In this document: piece by piece, positions 59,001 through 64,000 of the stretch
How the letters are laid out: every line of letters starts with the position of its first letter
Position numbering within the stretch: the stretch's first letter is position 1
DNA from: Cyanophora paradoxa CCMP329
Lineage: Eukaryota > Plantae > Glaucophyta
Length of the DNA: 64,000 nucleotides
Assembly: GCA_004431415.1 (NCBI GenBank)
Contig: QPMI01000282.1
Span: 24,314 to 88,313, forward strand
Direction of reading: 5' to 3'
Notes under the pieces: model-generated
The model's input: the letters and a program-made list of their open reading frames with translations, nothing else
Told to the model about the DNA's origin: nothing
Database searches by the model: none
Made by a program: the position numbers and the translations under genes

Positions 59001-60228
59001 CGCCCGGCGGCGGGCCCTCGCGCCCCCCGTGCCGGCCGCGGACCTGGAAGCAGTGGTGGCCCAGGTCGTCGCCGCCGCCGCGCTCCCGCCCCGCGCCCCC
59101 TCCCCCAAGCCCCAGCAGAAGAAGCAGTCCCGCTCCACCCCCGGCAGCCGTCGGAACAGCCTGAGCGGGCCCGGCGGCCCCCCGCCCGCCATCTCGGTGA
59201 CGAGCGTACCCCCCGACCGGGGCGGCCTGCTCCCCCCAATGGAGGTCGCGGTCCCCGTCATCGCCGCCTCCTCGGAGGCCCGCCCGCCCATCTCCCTCCG
59301 GCCCCGCGCCTTCTCCCACTCCCAGGAGGTCTACCCCCCCTTGCCTTGCCTTCCCCTCCCCTTCGCTCGCTCGCTGACCGTGCCACAGATTCCCACAGAG
59401 CCGCACGCCGCGGCCCTTCCGGGGCTGGCCCGCATTCTCGTCGCCGACGACAACCGTGCGTACCCCTTCCGCCCCCGCCCTCCCCCCTTCTCCCGCTCCC
59501 CGTCGTGCTCCCCCTGACCGTCCCCGCAGCGATTAATGTGAAGCTCCTGAAGCGCTTCCTCGAGAAGCTGGGGTACGCCGTCGAGACCGCCGCCAGCGGT
59601 ACGTACCCCGGTTTCTTCTTCTTATTCTCCCGTCCTCCCGCGTCTGACCCGGGGGTACAGGCACGGAGGCGCTGAACCTGTACTCGGCGGCGGCGGCGGC
59701 CGGGGAGCCGTTCGCCTGCCTGCTCCTCGACATCTTCATGCCCGGCGGCGGCGGCTGCGAGTGCGCCTTGGGCGTCCGCGAGCGCGAGGAGGCCACCGGG
59801 CGCGTCCGCACGCCCATCGTCGGTGCGCGTACCCCAGAGCCCTCCCATCCAAGGCCGCCGCCGCTCACGCGGGGTTTCGCCGCAGCGGTCACCGCGAGCT
59901 CGTCCCCCTCGGAGCTCGCCGCCGCCGCCACCGCCGGCATGGTGCGCCATACCCCCCTCTCAATCCCCCCCCTCCACTCCCCCCTGAGCTTCGTTCGCTC
60001 CCGCAGGACGACGTGCTGCCGAAGCCTGTGCAAGTGGCCAGCCTGGCTGCGCTCCTGAACCGCCTCCTCGGCGCGGGGGGCGCCGGCGCCCCCGAGGGCC
60101 CGCCCTCGCCCCAGGGGCCTCCCCGCCCCCGGCCCCGCGCCCTCTCCGTACCCGGGCCCGCCTCCTTCCTCTCCTTCCCCCCGCGGCCCGCCGGCCCCGC
60201 CGGCCCCGCCAAGGCCTCCTCCCCCTGA
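56024..60228 (+). CDS. Soluble hybrid histidine kinase: PAS - HisKA - HATPase_c - degenerate receiver-like - REC
   Basis: PAS (SLALDSCLRVRFWSDSAAAASGVPSREALGRPIEDLV...DATE); H-box SVAHECKTPLN; N-box RQIALNLTSNALK; G1 EVKDTGPGIP; F LFQLFSQ; G2 GTGLGLAISQKLAHRMGG; REC ILVADDN...LLLDIFMPG...IVAVTA...GMDDVLPKP. Confidence 0.92.
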
Positions 60229-61484
60229 GAGGGGTACTGTGATTCGGAGTCCAGCTTTGTACAGCTATCTACCCCCTCGCAGTAACAACGCCTGTAACAG
60301 TGTAAAATTTCCTAATCTACCTTTCGAAGATCACATTTGTAAAGCCTTCGTGCGCATTCGCTTATTCTGCATTTCCGCTAGCTCCCTTGCGAGTTGTGTG
60401 TGGGTACGTGTAAGTTACGGGGCCTTCCTCCCCCCTTGATCAGAGAGCACCAGACTGTATTCGTGTTTATTTATCATTTGCACTTCTATTTCCCTCTTGT
60501 ACAGCGCACTGCGGCAGTTTCCTCTTCTGACAGTTGCTGGCAGATCATCGGATATCAAACAGTGTCGGCTTTCGTGTCTCATTCTCTCTTATCGCCTTGA
60601 CGGGATTTCCGGGTTCGGCCTGGCAGCTTGACTCAGTCGTTTTTATATCAATTTGTATCGATATCTTTGTTTTCAGGCTACGCCAGTCACGCGGCTAGTG
60701 TACAGTAAGTGTACAGTGCGCGCATACTGTGGCAGACAGCAGTTTCATTAGTTGCAGCATTTGCTTCTGTGGTTGTGAAAAATGCATGTGCTAGCGCTTG
60801 TGATCGACCCCTTTCAAGTTTCTAGCCCAGCGGCCAGCCAGATGCCAGGGGAATCGACATCGACGTCGGCGCTCTCGGAGAGAGCTTCAAGAGGCCGGGC
60901 TCATTGATTTAACTTATAATTATCATATATAGTATATATCAAGCTAATCATTGAATTATAAAGACCGTCGGACCCATGCCATATGCATGATCAAGCTCAG
61001 CGGGATTCGGTCGTGGCCCGGTCGTTGTGGCCCCTATACATACGTACTCTGCAGCTGAACCACGAAAACTAGAATGTTTAGATGTCACAGTGTAGAACTT
61101 ACTAAGTTAGAAACTCGATCTAGATCTACGTATACATCGCGATCCATTGATCCTCGTGCAATTCGATTCAAGAATCAAGACTCCGATACTGCGACTGCAA
61201 AATTTCGCTTAAGCTTCTCCGCACAGATGCAAAAAAGTGCCTATTTACAATGTACGTACTATACATGTACATGTATACGTACACGTCTCGCGGCGACTAC
61301 GTATACGCTGGGACGGCGGCGACGTCGACGTCTAGCGGCGGCGCCGGCTTCCAGTATCCGGATCTGCAAACGGCGCGGATCTACGTAAAGGCGCACCGCG
61401 GCAGTGGCCATGGCCATGGGCCGGCGCCGGGCCGAGCTCGAGGCCGGGGGCGGGGCCGGGGCTCACGCGTGCGATCGATTGATA

Positions 61485-61954
61485 TCATCCGCTCTCGCGG
61501 TCGGGGTTGTCGAGGCGGGCCTGCATGTAGACCTGGCGCTCGTCGCGCTCCGCCGCCACCTCCGAGGGGTGCACCGTCTGCGCAAGATGAAAGAAGGGAA
61601 GTCGCCCGCGCTCGACCGGGCAGGAGGAGCTCGAGATTGAATTTCGAAACCGCATCGCGATCGATAACGGCGAACCGCGAAATCAGAATTTAAAAGTCGT
61701 CATCCGCGCGCGCTTCTAGATCCGATCAAATTCAAATTCGAGGAGCAGCCGCACGCTTCGAGGTTCGAGCATTTAAAGATGCGCACCCAGTACGTGACGC
61801 CTTCCTCCTCGGCGATGAAGTGCGCGTCGCAGTGCCCGGCCCCCCCAACGAACGGGTTCTTCGCCGGATCCTCCTGAGCTCGGAGCGTGAGGGATGCGTA
61901 GAGGCGCCCGAGCCCGAGGAAAGCGGGATCGTTATCGCTCTGCGGCGCATACAT
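61485..61954 (-). CDS. Small hypothetical protein, 2 exons
   Basis: MYAPQSDND...EEEGVTYW|TVHPSEVAAERDERQVYMQARLDNPDRESG* joined by a phase-0 GT-AG intron, with host-like codons. Confidence 0.45.
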
Positions 61955-62344
61955 GAAACTTCACGCGCAGCTGCGCGAGCGGGGGATCTACATCTAGATT
62001 TAGAGCGTCGGTCCGGTCCGCACGCGCATTTTAGCCTCCGCGAGCCATGCGCGCGGTGTCGGACGCGCAAAAACGGTGCAAGTGCTCTATCGAGATCTTC
62101 TGAAAGCCCCGAAGCGCGCGCCGGACGACGAAATGCGCCGCGGCAGCGGAAATGCGCGGCGCCGGCCTGATCGAAATCGATTGCGCACCTCGAGGCTCTG
62201 GCGGCGCAGGCGCGAGAAGAGCGGGCGGTCGGGGCTGCTGGACAGATTCTCGGGCTCCGAATTCATCGCTGGAAGCCGGTGTTGTAATCGACGTTTTGGT
62301 CTGCGGCGGGGGGGTAGTGCATTCGAATTCGCAGCTCAGCAGCG

Positions 62345-63606
62345 ATGAAGGCTGTTGTGGTCGGCAGCACCGGCGCGACCGGGCGGGTGCGTCCGAGCCT
62401 GGCGCCGACGTGCCGGTGACCCGCTCACGGCGCCGGCGCAGAGCATGGTGGCGGAACTGGTCAACTCCGGCGTTTGGACTTCCGTCGTCTCGCTCGGACG
62501 CCGCACGCTCCCGGCCGAGAAGTTCTTCGGCGCGTCGGTTCCCGAGCAGGCCTCAAAGCTGCAGCAGGCCCGCATGCGCCCCGGCCAGCGCTCTGCGGCA
62601 CGCCGGAGCCGAGCGCCGGCCGCGCAGGTCGTTGTGGACTTTGACAAGCCGGAGACATTCCGCTCGCACCTCGCCGGGGCGGAGACGGTCTTCTGCTGTC
62701 TCGGCACGACCCGCGCCGCCGCCGGATCCGCGGTGGGCGCCGGCGAGGCGCTCCTCATGATAACAGCGCGCCCCGCTCACGCTCGCGCGCGCGCTGCAGG
62801 AGGCATTCATTAAGGTCGACAAGGACTACGTGATGAACGTCGCTAAGCAGGCGCGCGCGCGCGCGTTCTCGCGACGCCGGCGCTCCGCATGCCCACGGGC
62901 CCCGACTCAGCTTTCGGCGCAGGCGAAGGAGGCCGGCGTGCGGCACTTCTCGATTCAGACCTCCACAGGATCGAACGCAAAAGTACAGTACCCCCGCCCC
63001 CGCCCTCGCAGCCCTGCCCGAGCCCCCCCCGCCTTACGCGCCTCCCCCACAGTCTTCCTTCCTGTACCCGCGAACGAAGGGCGAGGTCCGCCGTCGGAAC
63101 CCCCCTCCCACCCCGATGCTGAGGGGGTACAGGTTGAGGAGGCGCTGAAGGCGATGCAGTTTCCGCGCCTGACCATCTTCCGGTACCCCCCACAGTGTAC
63201 CCCCCTCCCCCGGGCCCCTCCCCCTCAAGCGGCCCGCAGGCCTGCTCTGCTTCTCACGGAGCGCGAGGAGAAGCGGACGGGGGAGGCCATCGCGCAGGTG
63301 CCCGTACCCCCCCGCCCGACCTGTGCCGCTACCCCCCACGCCCGTTCCCCCCGCCCCGCAGAAACTGTTCAGCTCGCTCCCCTCCTGCATCCTGCCCGCG
63401 GTCCTGGTCCCCATCAAGGCGAGCGCGCCGCGTACCCCTTCCCTACCTCTCCCCCCCCCCTTCCTCACCCCCGGCAGGTGGAGACGGTGGCGAGGGCGAT
63501 GCGAATCGACGCGGAGTACCGGCCGACGAGCCCGGCGAGCATCGCGACGCTGGAGTCCAAGGAGATACAGAAGGTGGCCGACGCCAACTCCAGGACCGCC
63601 GTGTAG
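62345..63606 (+). CDS. HTATIP2/TIP30 (CC3, Fmp52)-like atypical SDR, NAD(P)H-binding; 10 exons
   Basis: MKAVVVGSTGATGR, VVSLGRR, VVDFD, FCCLGTTRAAAGSAEAFIKVDKDYV, AKEAGVRHF, SSFLYPRTKGEVEEAL, IFRPALL, IKVETVARAM. Confidence 0.92.
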
Positions 63607-63681
63607 CTAAAGCTACAGGCTGTATGATCGGGGCCACTCTCTGTTGTACATAAGCGTCACTGGACGTGCTCTACTTGCGGA

Positions 63682-64000
63682 TTACTGGAGGGGCGCCTCG
63701 GCTTCGGTGCCGCCCCGCCCCGCGCGCTTCAGAACCGCCGGGGAGAGCGCGGCGGCCGCTGCGGCGGCGGCGGCGGAGGCCGCGGCGAGGGCGGCGTAGT
63801 AGAGGGGGGCGCCCCGCGGGCTCTCCTGGAGGATCCCCGCCTGGATTCGAACGGCGGATTCGAATTCACGCTTGAGCGAGGAGAGGAGGGATGGGGGGGC
63901 GGGTACCGCGCGGTAGGAGAGCAGCCAACCGACGTTCATGGACTGGAGGGGGAGGGGGTGGAGGATTACAGTTAGAATTTCGAAGGAGGGGGGAGAAGTC
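63682..64000 (-). CDS. 3' exons of a gene entering from the right edge, with a hydrophobic Ala-rich segment near the C-terminus
   Basis: Acceptor CCTCCAG precedes SMNVGWLLSYRAVP..., last exon ...PLYYAALAAASAAAAAAAALSPAVLKR...APLQ*. Confidence 0.45.
   Translation of the reverse strand, partial: TSPPSFEILTVILHPLPLQSMNVGWLLSYRAVPAPPSLLSSLKREFESAVRIQAGILQESPRGAPLYYAALAAASAAAAAAAAALSPAVLKRAGRGGTEAEAPLQ

Noticed and set aside
60240-61250. AT-richer spacer checked for ncRNA or small genes
   Set aside because: No recognisable RNA motif or host-like coding segment.
63900-63945. SMNVGWLLSYRA as a CUB-domain last strand
   Set aside because: Too little sequence within the window to support a domain call.

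Overview
Eukaryotic nuclear DNA, very GC-rich and dense in short introns (mostly ~50-130 nt). It has many GC-AG introns and micro-exons, so the six-frame ORF track is mostly shadow ORFs, and the gene models below were spliced by eye. A plastid-type presequence starting with Phe (MFVPP...) points to a photosynthetic protist, plausibly glaucophyte or red-lineage (inference only). In order, the window holds: two tandem F-box/LRR paralogues, a PWWP protein, a carotenoid cleavage oxygenase, a plastid/Tat-targeted SAM methyltransferase, a nested transposon cluster (14.2-20.5 kb), mitochondrial-type bL33, a formate/nitrite transporter (FNT), an EF-hand-like protein, a degenerate SGNH hydrolase, a NACHT-WD40 STAND protein, a PAS-containing hybrid histidine kinase, an HTATIP2/TIP30-like SDR and several hypothetical proteins. 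Three candidates stand out as possibly new. (1) The FNT channel is fused to an apparently circularly permuted PAS domain (PAC strands before the PAS core), suggesting a sensor-gated channel or transceptor. (2) A recently inserted, 5'-truncated LINE (13-bp TSD, AATAAA plus A11 tail) has an intact ORF running RNase H remnant - CCHC/zf-RVT - IWxxRN - complete Ulp1/C48 SUMO protease - Zn finger, so the protease is C-terminal. (3) An N-acylated DUF4062-NACHT-WD40 NLR-like protein ends in a PP2/Nictaba-like lectin domain. No database searches were run; family calls rest on recognised motifs.
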